A DNA stretch of 64,000 nucleotides from Thermodesulfobacteriota bacterium (GTDB lineage Bacteria; Desulfobacterota; Desulfarculia; JACQYL01), in contig CAXXLZ010000002.1 of the NCBI GenBank assembly GCA_963675595.2, positions 448,001 to 512,000 of the forward strand, given 5' to 3'. The first letter of the stretch is position 1. Every line of letters begins with the position of its first letter. Of the stretch, positions 1 to 9,764 are shown piece by piece. Under the pieces are notes generated by a model that worked only from the letters and a program-made list of their open reading frames with translations, was not told where the DNA came from and made no database searches. Made by a program: the position numbers and the translations under genes.

Positions 1-649
1 CCTTGCAGGCATCAACGCACGCGGGGAGCAGACCCTCCGCGAGCCGTTCCGCACAGAAATTACACTTCTCCACCACGCCCCGCATACGAGTGGGAAACTC
101 GGTCCGAATCTCCGGAATGAAGGGACGGGGGTCCTTGAAGTTGAAACTTCTTGAACCGAAAGGACAGGCCGCCATGCAGTACCGGCACCCGATGCACCGA
201 TGGAAATCCATCATCACGATGCCGTCTTTGGCCACGAAGGTCGCCTTGGTGGGACAGACTCTCACGCAGGGAGGATTATCGCAGTGGTTGCACAGCACCA
301 CGAAAGGCAAATCCTCAAGGTGCGTGTATTTTGCGTCCAGACCCGGAAAAGCGTGCTCGTAAGTCGTTCTCCAGATCCACTTGATCTCTTCCTTGGGTCC
401 CTCAATGTTGGTGGGAACATTGTGAGCCACATGACACGCGGCGATGCAGTCCTTGCACTGATCCTTCTCCACCTTTTCCGCGCACTTCTTCACGTCTACG
501 GCCATGCCCCATCGTTTGCCCACAAGAGCCTCGGGTCTTCTCGAGTAGGCAGATTCGTCCTGGGCGAACGCGTCCTTCACCGGCTTCGAGAATAGCCCAA
601 GGGAGCAGAGACCGGCTGCTTTCAAAAAATCTCTACGAGTGTTCTTCAT
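1..649 (-). CDS. dsrO: DsrO, periplasmic Tat-exported 4Fe-4S subunit of DsrMKJOP (3' part runs off the window)
   Basis: Not in the ORF track; translated by hand from ATG at 649: MKNTRRDFLKAAGLC (twin-Arg), then CKDCIAAC, CNHCDNPPCVRVCP, CIGCRYCMAACP, KCNFCAERLAEGLLPACVDAC. Overlaps the dsrJ stop. Confidence 0.95.
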   Translation of the reverse strand, partial: MKNTRRDFLKAAGLCSLGLFSKPVKDAFAQDESAYSRRPEALVGKRWGMAVDVKKCAEKVEKDQCKDCIAACHVAHNVPTNIEGPKEEIKWIWRTTYEHAFPGLDAKYTHLEDLPFVVLCNHCDNPPCVRVCPTKATFVAKDGIVMMDFHRCIGCRYCMAACPFGSRSFNFKDPRPFIPEIRTEFPTRMRGVVEKCNFCAERLAEGLLPACVDACK

Positions 650-1034
650 TCTCTTTCCCCTTTGGCACATTATGGCAGTCCCAGCAATAGGGCCTTACCG
701 ACGCCCAGTTATGGCATCGATCACAGAAAGTGTCCTTATTGGAATGACAGTCCAGGCACGTATTGGTGAGACTCATTACGTACTCTTTGCCGTTGCTTGC
801 CGTGTAGATTCGATCTTTCTCACGAACCACCTTGTTACGCCATTCGTCCACCACCTTCATGTGGCTGGCTTTCATGAATTCCGTGCTCTCTATGCACTCC
901 TTGGCCGCCTTCGCCTTCGCCGTCAACACCAGCTCCGGTTGAGGAGAGGGAGTGCCGATGCTTGACCATATCGGATAGCCGATGAGCCCCACAAAAATCA
1001 CCAGCCCGATGATGATTTTGCCTGTGTTATACAT
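633..1034 (-). CDS. dsrJ: DsrJ triheme cytochrome c
   Basis: N-terminal TM helix; three CxxCH (CLDCH, CDRCH, CWDCH); MKASHM motif; lies between dsrK and dsrO. Confidence 0.95.
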   Translation of the reverse strand: MYNTGKIIIGLVIFVGLIGYPIWSSIGTPSPQPELVLTAKAKAAKECIESTEFMKASHMKVVDEWRNKVVREKDRIYTASNGKEYVMSLTNTCLDCHSNKDTFCDRCHNWASVRPYCWDCHNVPKGKENEEHS

Positions 1035-2652
1035 CTTCCTCCTCCCCTTCGTCCTCTACGCCGGGCAAGTCTTCGCCCCGCAGGTCGGTGGTCCGCTTCT
1101 TTTCACCTTCGAAGACCAGGGCATTGGCGACCAGTTCGTGAAGGCCGCAAACGTCCACTTCGGGAACCCAGTACTGCATGGAGGCGGTGAGCACCGCACG
1201 GTCGATGGCGCAGATACAGGCCAACATGTTTACGTCGTGCTTGTCGGCCACATACTTGACGGCGTTGGCTCTCGGCAATCCGCCCCGCATACGGATTTCC
1301 ATGTTTTCACCGGCATTGAGGCCGGATCCGCTTCCGCAGCAGAAAGTCTGTTCCCGGATGGTATTCTCCGGCATCTCGTAGAAGTTGTTCACCACGTTCT
1401 TGAGCACGTAGCGCGGCTCCTCCAGGAAGCCCATCCCGCGGGCGGTGTTACAGGAGTCGTGCCAGGTCACCGTCAGATGATCGTTCCTCGACTTATCCAG
1501 GTTAAGCTTATTGTTCTTGATCAGGTCCGCGGTGAATTCCGCGATGTGGACCATCTTGGTGGATTTGGCGCTGTCGAACCGGGTACCCGTGATGGGAGAC
1601 ACCGGAACCTCAAGGAAGTCCGCGGGACCGTTCATGGTATCCATGTACTGGTTGATGACCCGCCACATGTGACCGCACTCGCCCCCGAGAATCCATTTGA
1701 CGCCCAAGCGTTTGGCTTCCATGTACATCTTGGCGTTCAAGCGCTTCATCATCTCGTGGGATGTGAACAGGCCGAAGTTGCCGCCCTCGGAGGCGTAGGT
1801 GCTCCATGTGTAATCCAGGCCCAGGTAGTGGAACAGCATGATGTAGCCCATGCAGGTGTAGGTGCCCGGATCGGCAAAGACGTCGCCCGACGGCGTGATG
1901 AACAGAATCTCGGCGCCTTTCCTGTTGAAGGTGGGCTCCATCCGGATTCCGGTGACGCCTTCGATCTCATCCACGAAGAAATCGATCATGTCTTTGAAGG
2001 CGTGAGGCTGAATTCCAAGATGGTTGCCCGTACGATAGCAGTTGGCAACAGGAGCGGAAATCCAGTCCGTGTTCAATCCCAGCAGGTTGATCAGTTCCCG
2101 TCCGATGATCGTAACTTCCGCGGTATCGATACCGTAGGGGCAGAACACGGAACAGCGACGACACTCGGTGCACTGGAACAGGTAATACCACCACTCTTTG
2201 ATCACCTGCTCGGTGAGTTTGCGCCCGCCGGCCAGCTTGCCCAGAACCCGTCCGGCCTTGGTGAACTCCCCGCGGTAAATCGAGCGAATCAATTCCGCTC
2301 TTAACACCGGCATGTTCTTGGGATCCCCGGAACCGATGAAGAAGTGGCATTTGTCCGCACAGGCGCCGCATCGAACGCAGATGTCCATGAATATATGGAA
2401 AGATCGATACTTCGTAAGTCTTTGTTTGAAGCCCTCCCGAACGATTTCCATCCAGTTGTCCGGAAGTTTCCAGTCGTCGTCAGAGGGAGCCCATTCCCTG
2501 GGGTTGGGAAGACCGACAACCTCGAGGTTCTTCGGTTTGCCGGCGTGGCAAAATACGCCTTCCCGGATGTCCACCGGGACATCCATCCACCCCGTGAACG
2601 GGGGGTGGTGATCTATCTTGGCCATCTCCGGAGGTTTGGGTGTGCTTGCCAT
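1027..2652 (-). CDS. dsrK: DsrK, HdrD-like Fe-S catalytic subunit
   Basis: CVRCGACADKC and CTECRRCSVFCP ferredoxin motifs; GECGH, HDSCN, FCCGSG and CICAID CCG-type motifs; operon position. Confidence 0.97.
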   Translation of the reverse strand: MASTPKPPEMAKIDHHPPFTGWMDVPVDIREGVFCHAGKPKNLEVVGLPNPREWAPSDDDWKLPDNWMEIVREGFKQRLTKYRSFHIFMDICVRCGACADKCHFFIGSGDPKNMPVLRAELIRSIYRGEFTKAGRVLGKLAGGRKLTEQVIKEWWYYLFQCTECRRCSVFCPYGIDTAEVTIIGRELINLLGLNTDWISAPVANCYRTGNHLGIQPHAFKDMIDFFVDEIEGVTGIRMEPTFNRKGAEILFITPSGDVFADPGTYTCMGYIMLFHYLGLDYTWSTYASEGGNFGLFTSHEMMKRLNAKMYMEAKRLGVKWILGGECGHMWRVINQYMDTMNGPADFLEVPVSPITGTRFDSAKSTKMVHIAEFTADLIKNNKLNLDKSRNDHLTVTWHDSCNTARGMGFLEEPRYVLKNVVNNFYEMPENTIREQTFCCGSGSGLNAGENMEIRMRGGLPRANAVKYVADKHDVNMLACICAIDRAVLTASMQYWVPEVDVCGLHELVANALVFEGEKKRTTDLRGEDLPGVEDEGEEEDV

Positions 2653-3668
2653 TACGACTCCTTTTCTACTGGTAGACCAGCTTCTATCATTCTTTCCCTG
2701 AACTCGTCTTCATAGTGATCGTAGGTATGGACTTTTACCGGATAGTTCCAGGGGTTGATGTGTCTTCGGATCCGGCTGTCGTTGGCCAGGTTCCGAGTGG
2801 GGCTGAGGAACACACCGCCCATGTGCATCAGCTTGCTCACTGGAAAATACGCCAGCAGGACGCTCACCAAGAACAAATGGATGAAAAAGATGGATCCGAT
2901 GTTCGTGGGCGCTTTGGGGCTCAAACTGAACAGGCTCACAATGAATTCCTTGACTCCCACGACGTCTTCCCTGAGGAAGTAGCGCATCAGAATACCCGTG
3001 AGCACGATCCCCATGATGAGGAGCAAGGGAAAGTAGTCCGCGGGAAGGGAAATATAGCGGATCTGCGGGATAATGAGTCTTCGGACGAAAAGCCAACCCA
3101 GTCCCGCCAGGATCAAGAGGCCGCTCATATAAAGCTCGGGCATACCGACCTCAAGCCACCCGTCCACCGTTTCGATCCAAGGAATGAAGAACGGCACCGG
3201 ATCCAGAAACAAACGGAAATGACGGATAAAGATTACCAGAAAGCAGTAATGGAAGATAAGAGCGGCGACCCACAAAAATTTCTCTGAGCCGTAACGAATG
3301 ATGGGGCCTTTGGGGGTGATACGGTAGTCGATTTCGGTATTTCGGAAAAGGGATCGGAACGTGCAGACCTCGAAAAACATGCGGACGACGACGCCCAGCG
3401 TTGTTGTGGGATTCTCCACCCAGTTGTGCTTGATCCACGGAAGGGACTTCTGCTGCCCACAGGTGGTCGGAATCTTAAAAGGCACGGCGGATCGTCCCCA
3501 TTTAACCACCTTAATAATGAAACCTGCGAAGAATGTCAGGATGGCCGCGTAAGGGATGACCACCCCGAATAACACCCGCAGGTCCAGTACGCCGACCCCG
3601 ATCCAGGGGATCAGGACGAGCGCAGCCACCGCTGCTACGGAAATGAGCAATGCCGCTATGAAATTCAT
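2652..3668 (-). CDS. dsrM: DsrM, NarI-like membrane cytochrome b
   Basis: Multi-TM; PFKIPTTCGQQKSLPWIK and SKLMHMGGVFLSPTRNLAND..HINPWN signatures; conserved His ligands. Confidence 0.97.
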   Translation of the reverse strand: MNFIAALLISVAAVAALVLIPWIGVGVLDLRVLFGVVIPYAAILTFFAGFIIKVVKWGRSAVPFKIPTTCGQQKSLPWIKHNWVENPTTTLGVVVRMFFEVCTFRSLFRNTEIDYRITPKGPIIRYGSEKFLWVAALIFHYCFLVIFIRHFRLFLDPVPFFIPWIETVDGWLEVGMPELYMSGLLILAGLGWLFVRRLIIPQIRYISLPADYFPLLLIMGIVLTGILMRYFLREDVVGVKEFIVSLFSLSPKAPTNIGSIFFIHLFLVSVLLAYFPVSKLMHMGGVFLSPTRNLANDSRIRRHINPWNYPVKVHTYDHYEDEFRERMIEAGLPVEKES

Positions 3669-3718
3669 GCTTCTACACCTCGCTTATCTTGGCTTGTTGC
3701 CTCAAAGACTCCATACTC

Positions 3719-4243
3719 CTATCTCTCTTCCTCGGAAACGATGAGGTTTGCCCGCTGGAGCAGCCTATAGGTTTGGTTCTTGAATTCCATCACCCTCAGC
3801 TCATAGAGTTTCTCCCTGCAACCCATATAAACTTCGAAAGCCTGCAGCGCCACCCGGTCGATCTTCGCCTCCAAATCCAGAAGCTCGTGCAGAGACACCC
3901 GCCCCGCCTTGATCTCCGGCTTGAGGGACTTTCTGATCTCATCCTTCAAAAGAAAAACGAAGGACACGGCCGTTGAGGCACTGAAATCCTGAACCGCTCG
4001 GATCCGGATGATTTTGTCCAGACCGGCACCCATTTTCTCCGGATCCGCCTCTCCCACAATCTGATCGTACAAGGGTCCCGTCTCTTCTTTCAGAATCACC
4101 CCGACAGGATTGGAGAAACGGTCTTTGCCGCTTTTCAGGATTCCGGCGGTTTGTTTTGGATACGTATCCAGAATGCCGTTCATCCAAGCGCCGACAATAA
4201 CGGAACGCCGTTTTTCTTCGCAGAGCAAATCAGTCAAACCCAT
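3719..4243 (-). CDS. dsrT: DsrT (RsbRD N-terminal-like protein)
   Basis: DRFSNPVG, LDKIIRIRAVQDF, AFEVYMGCREKLYELR; directly upstream of dsrM as in dsrTMKJOP operons. Confidence 0.9.
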   Translation of the reverse strand: MGLTDLLCEEKRRSVIVGAWMNGILDTYPKQTAGILKSGKDRFSNPVGVILKEETGPLYDQIVGEADPEKMGAGLDKIIRIRAVQDFSASTAVSFVFLLKDEIRKSLKPEIKAGRVSLHELLDLEAKIDRVALQAFEVYMGCREKLYELRVMEFKNQTYRLLQRANLIVSEEER

Positions 4244-4399
4244 TTACAGCAGCTTTCCGCGGAATCCCGGGCACCCGACCCGCTTGATACTTTTCGCACA
4301 AGACACGCCGCTTGTTATTCAAGTGAGGCTACAAGAACTAACCCTTTGAATTTATGTGGAAAAATACCTGGGTGGTGCGGGTCCCGCAATTGGAGGTTT

Positions 4400-4429
4400 C
4401 TTGTAGAACAACTTGACTTTCCTTGTCAA
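4400..4429 (-). promoter_or_regulatory. Putative sigma70 promoter of dsrTMKJO
   Basis: Minus strand TTGACA-N18-TACAAG about 160 nt upstream of dsrT; the -35 is half of a TTGAC-N7-GTCAA palindrome. Confidence 0.4.
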
Positions 4430-4934
4430 GAGCAAAACAGGCGGTAAGAAAACACGCTTCCCTCCAGCCTGTCCGGCATAATGTAAGGCGTATGTTACGC
4501 TTTTCCCAAAACGTCCCCGTGACGAGGGCAGGGTACCTCAAAGATCCGGCCCGACTCAAGCCGGCATCGCGTCTCGAATCTCCGGTATCATTTAGTCGAA
4601 CTCCGATCAAACACTTACTGTGACTTTTTCGCAGGGGTTCGCACACCTCCTCACCTTGTCATAGGAACGACCCGAAAACGCACCGCACCGCAAATCCACG
4701 CGTATGTTTCTCGCCTCTTTTTGCATTGTCGGCCGCCGTCGATCCTGGTATGAATAAATCCCACAAGGTCCGCCCGATAGACCTTCAGGGGCCGGACCCA
4801 CGGAAACCACCGAGTGGACCCGTCACCGCGCCCCCTGTCCCTCCGAAGGACGCCGAAGATCGTCGTCTCCCCTTCGTGTCGGTTGACCCGCCTCGCTGCC
4901 TGTTTCCATATCATCATTGTTTAAGGAGTACCGT

Positions 4935-5603
4935 ATGACGCAAGACGGCAACCTGTTTTTGGGCAAGTACGAAACCGAGACCACTCCGATTCGTTTAGGA
5001 GACAAGCATCTCCAGTTCCTGGAAATCGCCAATATGGAGGTGGTGTTGGAGGACATCCTCCAGCCCGGCGAGCGTCCGGAGGGGGAGCGGCCTTTCTGGG
5101 CCAAAATATGGGAGAGCTCGCTACTGCTGGCCCATGTGCTCTGCCGTCGTCCTGAAGACCCGGAGGCCCGTTATCTGGAGCTGGGGTGCGGCATGGGCGT
5201 GGCCGGTCTTTTCGCCGCCGCCCACGGCCATCGCGTGCTGCTGTCGGACATCAACGAAGATGCTCTGGCCTTTGCCCGGGCCAACGCCGCCCTCAACGGC
5301 TTCGATCCGTCCATCGTGATCCGCTTGGATTGGCGGGACCCCGATTTCCAGGGACGCTTCGATGTCATTTTCGGATCCGATATTCTTTACAGCGAAGGCT
5401 CCTACGCATTTTTGATCTCCTTCCTAAAGTCCCATCTCAAGCCCCGAGGAGAAGTACTTCTGAGTGTCAGCGCCTTCATCTCGGCCGCTTCGTTTTTTTC
5501 CGAAGCGGAACCTCACTTCCGAATTTCACAAAAGAAGCTGTCTCTTCGCTCGGAAAAAGAATCTCACGCGGTATTTCTTTACCGCCTCGTGCTCCGCGAA
5601 TAA
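4935..5603 (+). CDS. Class I SAM methyltransferase, Methyltransf_16/METTL21-like (putative protein methyltransferase)
   Basis: PFWAKIWESSLLLA, LELGCGMG, LSDIN, LDW, FDVIFGSDILY; SD AAGGAG precedes ATG 4935. Confidence 0.85.
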   Translation: MTQDGNLFLGKYETETTPIRLGDKHLQFLEIANMEVVLEDILQPGERPEGERPFWAKIWESSLLLAHVLCRRPEDPEARYLELGCGMGVAGLFAAAHGHRVLLSDINEDALAFARANAALNGFDPSIVIRLDWRDPDFQGRFDVIFGSDILYSEGSYAFLISFLKSHLKPRGEVLLSVSAFISAASFFSEAEPHFRISQKKLSLRSEKESHAVFLYRLVLRE

Positions 5604-5925
5604 GCAGCGCGTCTTCCTGGATTTTTTGTTGACAAGCGGGGGCGATTATGTTTAAAGGGGTTGATCTAACTATTTGAAAAATTGGCAAATTATAATCTTC
5701 ACAAATACTTACCTCAAATTCGGTTCCTCTGGAGGAAGCCGAGGTAGGGAGGTACATTAATTTGGACCCCAAGCGTCCGATCCAGTTCGCATGAGCCGAT
5801 TTACCCAAGGGAGGAGGTGAACGGGAAGCATCCATCAAGCCTGGAAGGTTCCTTAATTATATATTTCCCAAAATATCCAACAGGTCCAAGGGTCAATGAA
5901 TACACGAAACAAGGAGGCTTAGCAG

Positions 5926-7344
5926 ATGGCGTTTGAACCCCAGGAAGAACAAAAAGGATTAAAATACGAGGAGCTGCGCATCTACTCCGATGAAGAGCTG
6001 CACAACTATACGGAGGATGAGCTCAAGAATTTCAAAATCAAGCACGAAGTCCCGATGTGCGAGGACTTGGAAAAGGGTCCGTGGCCGAGCTTTGTCGCGG
6101 ACGCCAAGCGCTGCGCCCTGCATCGGAGAAAGCTGTCCGACGATCGCATGCTGATCGAACGGGACGTTGTCGAAGATTTGCTCGGCCAGCTCGAGCTTTC
6201 CTTCAAAGAGGGTGAAACTCACTGGAAACACGGCGGCATCGTGGGCGTCTTCGGTTACGGCGGCGGCGTCATCGGGCGTTACTCCGATATGCCCGAACAA
6301 TTCCCGTCCATCGCCCATTTCCACACCATGCGCGTCAATCAGCCCGCGAGCAAATTCTACGACACGGACTACCTCCGGACGCTCTGCGATTTGTGGGAAT
6401 ACAGGGGCAGCGGCATGATGAACATGCACGGCTCCACCGGTGACATCATCTTCCTGGGAACTTTTACGGAACAGCTCGAGCCCATTTTCTACGAGCTCAC
6501 CCATAAGCTTGACCAGGACCTCGGCGGCTCCGGCTCGAACCTGCGTACCCCGTCCTGCTGTATCGGCAAGGCCCGCTGCGAGTGGTCCTGCTACGACACC
6601 CAGGAAATGTGCTACCAGTTGACGCACTTCTACCAGGACGAACTGCATCGTCCCGCGTTCCCCTACAAGTTCAAGTTCAAGTTCGACGGCTGCCCCAATG
6701 GTTGTGTGGCCTCCATCGCCCGTTCCGATATGTCGTTCATCGGAACCTGGAAAGACGATATCCGGATCGATCAGGCTGCGGTCAAGGCCTACATCGGCGG
6801 AGAAATCAAGCCCAACGCGGGCGCGCACGCCGGTAAAGACTGGGGCGCTTTCGACATTCAGAAGGAAGTCATCGACCTGTGCCCCACCAAGTGTATGTGG
6901 ATGGAAGGCGGCGAGCTGAAGATCGATAACGCGGAATGTACCCGCTGCATGCATTGCATCAACACCATGCCGCAGGCGCTGCGTCCGGGAACGGATACCG
7001 GCGTGACCATCCTTTGCGGCGCCAAGGCCCCCATCCTGGAAGGCGCTCAGATGTCCGTGCTCACAGTGCCCTTCATGAGAGCCGAGCCTCCGTACGACAA
7101 CGTGAAAGCCGTCGTCGAAAAGATATGGGATTGGTGGATGGAAGAAGGCAAGAACCGGGAACGTCTGGGCGAGCTCATTCAGCGCCAGGGCCTCCCCAAG
7201 TTCCTCGAGATGCTCGAACTGCCGCCCATGCCGCAGAACGTGAAAGAACCTCGAAGCAACCCGTACATCTTCTGGAAGGAAGAAGACGTGCCCGGCGGCT
7301 GGCAGCGTGACATCAACGAATACCGTTCCCGACATAAGAGATAG
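5926..7344 (+). CDS. dsrA: Dissimilatory sulfite reductase alpha subunit
   Basis: [39 protein letters not shown]...[41 protein letters not shown]. Confidence 0.99.
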   Translation: MAFEPQEEQKGLKYEELRIYSDEELHNYTEDELKNFKIKHEVPMCEDLEKGPWPSFVADAKRCALHRRKLSDDRMLIERDVVEDLLGQLELSFKEGETHWKHGGIVGVFGYGGGVIGRYSDMPEQFPSIAHFHTMRVNQPASKFYDTDYLRTLCDLWEYRGSGMMNMHGSTGDIIFLGTFTEQLEPIFYELTHKLDQDLGGSGSNLRTPSCCIGKARCEWSCYDTQEMCYQLTHFYQDELHRPAFPYKFKFKFDGCPNGCVASIARSDMSFIGTWKDDIRIDQAAVKAYIGGEIKPNAGAHAGKDWGAFDIQKEVIDLCPTKCMWMEGGELKIDNAECTRCMHCINTMPQALRPGTDTGVTILCGAKAPILEGAQMSVLTVPFMRAEPPYDNVKAVVEKIWDWWMEEGKNRERLGELIQRQGLPKFLEMLELPPMPQNVKEPRSNPYIFWKEEDVPGGWQRDINEYRSRHKR

Positions 7345-7370
7345 AAGACCCGGACAGGAGGTATGTAACA

Positions 7371-8561
7371 ATGGCATTATCCACTGAACGACTTGGTCTG
7401 TTTAATCCTGATAAACCGATGGAAAACCGAATCACCGATTTGGGGCCCCGTCACTACTGGCAGTACTTCCCTCCCGTGATTCAGAACAACTACGGGAAAT
7501 GGAAATACCATGAAATCCTCGAACCCGGCGTTCTGGTTCACGTGTCCGAAACCGGGGACAAGGTCTTCACCGTGCGCACGGGCGGTTGCCGTTTCATGAC
7601 CGTTGAGAACGTGCGCGAAATCTGCGACATCGCCGATAAATACTGCGGCGGTCATCTGCGCTTCACCACCAGAAACAACATCGAATTCATGGTGGACAGC
7701 CAGGATAAGCTGGACGCTCTGAAGAAGGACTTGTTGAGCCGCAAGCACGTCTCCGGCAGCTATAAGTTCCCCATCGGCGGAACCGGTGCCGGTTTGACCA
7801 ACATCGTCCATACCCAGGGCTACCTGCACTGCCACACGCCCGCCACGGACGCCTCCTCCATGGTCAAGGCCGTGATGGACGACCTGTACGAGTACTTCAC
7901 CAGCATGACCCTGCCCGCCCAGGTGCGGGTATCCATGGCCTGCTGCCTCAACATGTGCGGCGCGGTGCATTGCTCCGACATCGCTCTGTTGGGATACCAT
8001 CGCAAACCCCCCATCGTGGACGGCGAAGTTCTTCAGTCCGTCTGTGAAATTCCTCTGGTCATCGCCGCGTGCCCCACGGCCGCCATTTCCCCGGCCAAGA
8101 CCGATGAAGGCAAGAAGTCGGTGAAGATCAAGGAAACCCGCTGCATGTTCTGCGGTAATTGCTACACCATGTGTATGGCGCTGCCTCTTTCCGACAAGGA
8201 CGGCGACTGTGTGACGATTCTGGCCGGCGGCAAGATCTCCAACCGGATCAGCATGCCCAAGTTCTCCAAGGTCGTCATCCCGGCGCTGCCCAACAACTTC
8301 CCGCGGTTCCCGGAAGTGTGCCAGTCCGTGAAAAAAATCATCGAGGCTTACGCCGCCGGCGCGAACAAGTACGAACGCATCGGTGACTGGGCTGAGAGGA
8401 TCGGCTGGGAACGCTTCTTTGAAAAATGTGATCTGCCCTTCTCCGATCACTTGATCGACGACTACCGCTTGGCTTACGATACCTTCAGAACGTCGACGCA
8501 GTTCAAGTACACCGACGCTTCCTGGGCCGTGACCGAAGCGGCGGAAGGTCTGTCCGAGTAA
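7371..8561 (+). CDS. dsrB: Dissimilatory sulfite reductase beta subunit
   Basis: [66 protein letters not shown]. Confidence 0.99.
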   Translation: MALSTERLGLFNPDKPMENRITDLGPRHYWQYFPPVIQNNYGKWKYHEILEPGVLVHVSETGDKVFTVRTGGCRFMTVENVREICDIADKYCGGHLRFTTRNNIEFMVDSQDKLDALKKDLLSRKHVSGSYKFPIGGTGAGLTNIVHTQGYLHCHTPATDASSMVKAVMDDLYEYFTSMTLPAQVRVSMACCLNMCGAVHCSDIALLGYHRKPPIVDGEVLQSVCEIPLVIAACPTAAISPAKTDEGKKSVKIKETRCMFCGNCYTMCMALPLSDKDGDCVTILAGGKISNRISMPKFSKVVIPALPNNFPRFPEVCQSVKKIIEAYAAGANKYERIGDWAERIGWERFFEKCDLPFSDHLIDDYRLAYDTFRTSTQFKYTDASWAVTEAAEGLSE

Positions 8562-8563
8562 CG

Positions 8564-8588
8564 GGAGGGCCGGCTTCGGCCGGCCTCC
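8564..8588 (+). other. GC-rich intergenic hairpin between dsrB and dsrD (no U-tail; possible mRNA-stabilising or attenuating stem)
   Basis: GGAGGGCCGGC-TTCG-GCCGGCCTCC immediately after the dsrB stop and just upstream of the dsrD SD. Confidence 0.55.
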
Positions 8589-8606
8589 ATAAGGAGCCAA
8601 CAAGCG

Positions 8607-8837
8607 ATGGAAGACATCAAAAAGGCAATCCTTGCGTTTGCCGAAGGCAGCAAGAAGAGCAAATTTTATTTCAACGACATGGAAAAGGCCGTCAAAGAGA
8701 CAATGCCGGACGCAAAACCCCGGGAGATCAAGAAGGCGGCCACCGCGTTGGTGAACGAAGAAAAGCTGATCTACTTTTCCACCGGCAGCAGCACCATGTA
8801 CGGTCTCAAAGGACGAGGGGTCACCGAAGACCACTAA
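8607..8837 (+). CDS. dsrD: DsrD
   Basis: 76 aa; KKSKFYFND...LVNEEKLIYFSTGSSTMYGLKG; follows dsrB. Marker of the reductive Dsr type. Confidence 0.96.
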   Translation: MEDIKKAILAFAEGSKKSKFYFNDMEKAVKETMPDAKPREIKKAATALVNEEKLIYFSTGSSTMYGLKGRGVTEDH

Positions 8838-8870
8838 TCCGACTTCCGATTACCGGGTTGGACAGATCAC

Positions 8871-8901
8871 GAAGCCGCCCCGCAAGGGAGCGGCTTCTTT
8901 C
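8871..8901 (+). terminator. Intrinsic terminator after dsrABD
   Basis: GAAGCCGC-CCCGCAAGGGA-GCGGCTTC followed by a T-run. Confidence 0.75.
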
Positions 8902-8927
8902 ATCCCGCTTGTCCAAGATTTGGAGAC

Positions 8928-9581
8928 GTGTTCCAAGAAGTGGAAAGGAATCCCATGAAAGACCCCCAATGTTCGGACGAATTCATCAGGCAGGCTAAGC
9001 AGGTGTTGGCCGAGAATCCCGAATGTGCCAATACCTATTACAATATGGGCATCGAATTGCTTAAACAGGAACGTTTCGATGAAGCGGCGGACGCCTTTGA
9101 AAACGCCGTTGCCAACAGCGGACGGATGTTCGAGGCCTGCGTCAATTTAGGATATATCTACTTCAGAAAAGGCGACCTGGAGAAGGCCCTGGAAGCGAAC
9201 CAAAAAGCGGTGGAGATCGAGCCACGCTACGCGCGGGGCTACGCCAACATCGGTTTCGTCTATCTCCAGATGTCACGCACCGAAGAAGCCGTCCAAGCCC
9301 TGGAAAAGTCCGTCGAGCTGAATCCGGACATCGCCCAGGCGCGTGGTATGCTCATCAGCGCCCATCTCCAAAAAGGGGACATCGATCGAGCCGTCGAGGT
9401 GGGTGAGAAACTGGTGGAGGCGGCGCCCACCTTCGGATTGGGCCACAACAACCTGGCCAACGCCTACTATGCAAAAGGCGATTACGCTTCCGCCGTCCGC
9501 CACGCGGACTTGGCGCTGCAAAACGGTTTTGAAGTCCACCCGGACTTCCTGGCCCTCTTGGAGCCGCACAGAACCAAGTGA
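8928..9581 (+). CDS. Tetratricopeptide repeat protein
   Basis: About 5 TPR units (YYNMGIEL, ACVNLGYIY, GYANIGFVY, GHNNLANAY); start could be ATG 8955. Confidence 0.88.
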   Translation: MFQEVERNPMKDPQCSDEFIRQAKQVLAENPECANTYYNMGIELLKQERFDEAADAFENAVANSGRMFEACVNLGYIYFRKGDLEKALEANQKAVEIEPRYARGYANIGFVYLQMSRTEEAVQALEKSVELNPDIAQARGMLISAHLQKGDIDRAVEVGEKLVEAAPTFGLGHNNLANAYYAKGDYASAVRHADLALQNGFEVHPDFLALLEPHRTK

Positions 9582-9764
9582 CCGCCGGGGCCATGCATCG
9601 GCTCCCTCCGCAACAGGGGCGGCATCACTGATCGAGAATTCAAAGGCGTCTTTTGGAGGGAGACCGGACTCGTCCGCCCGAGACTCTCCCCACCAACAGG
9701 GAAAGAGCGCCCCGCCCGAAGGGGGTTCCCCTTTAGCGTTGACCAAACGGGCGTGGATCGCCTT

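Noticed and set aside
5687-5704. Possible Rex operator (TTCACAA half-site) at dsrA; similar half-site near 14856-14862
   Set aside because: The left half does not match TTGTGAA; only a half-site.
5762-5898. Selenocysteine read-through of the TGA in the dsrA leader uORF
   Set aside because: No recognisable SECIS or redox motif, and the extended peptide looks non-protein-like.
5959-8834. Long antisense ORFs (472 and 485 aa) opposite dsrAB; likewise those opposite dsrK, gdh, acs and the TBDR
   Set aside because: Shadow frames caused by high-GC codon bias of real genes; no motifs.
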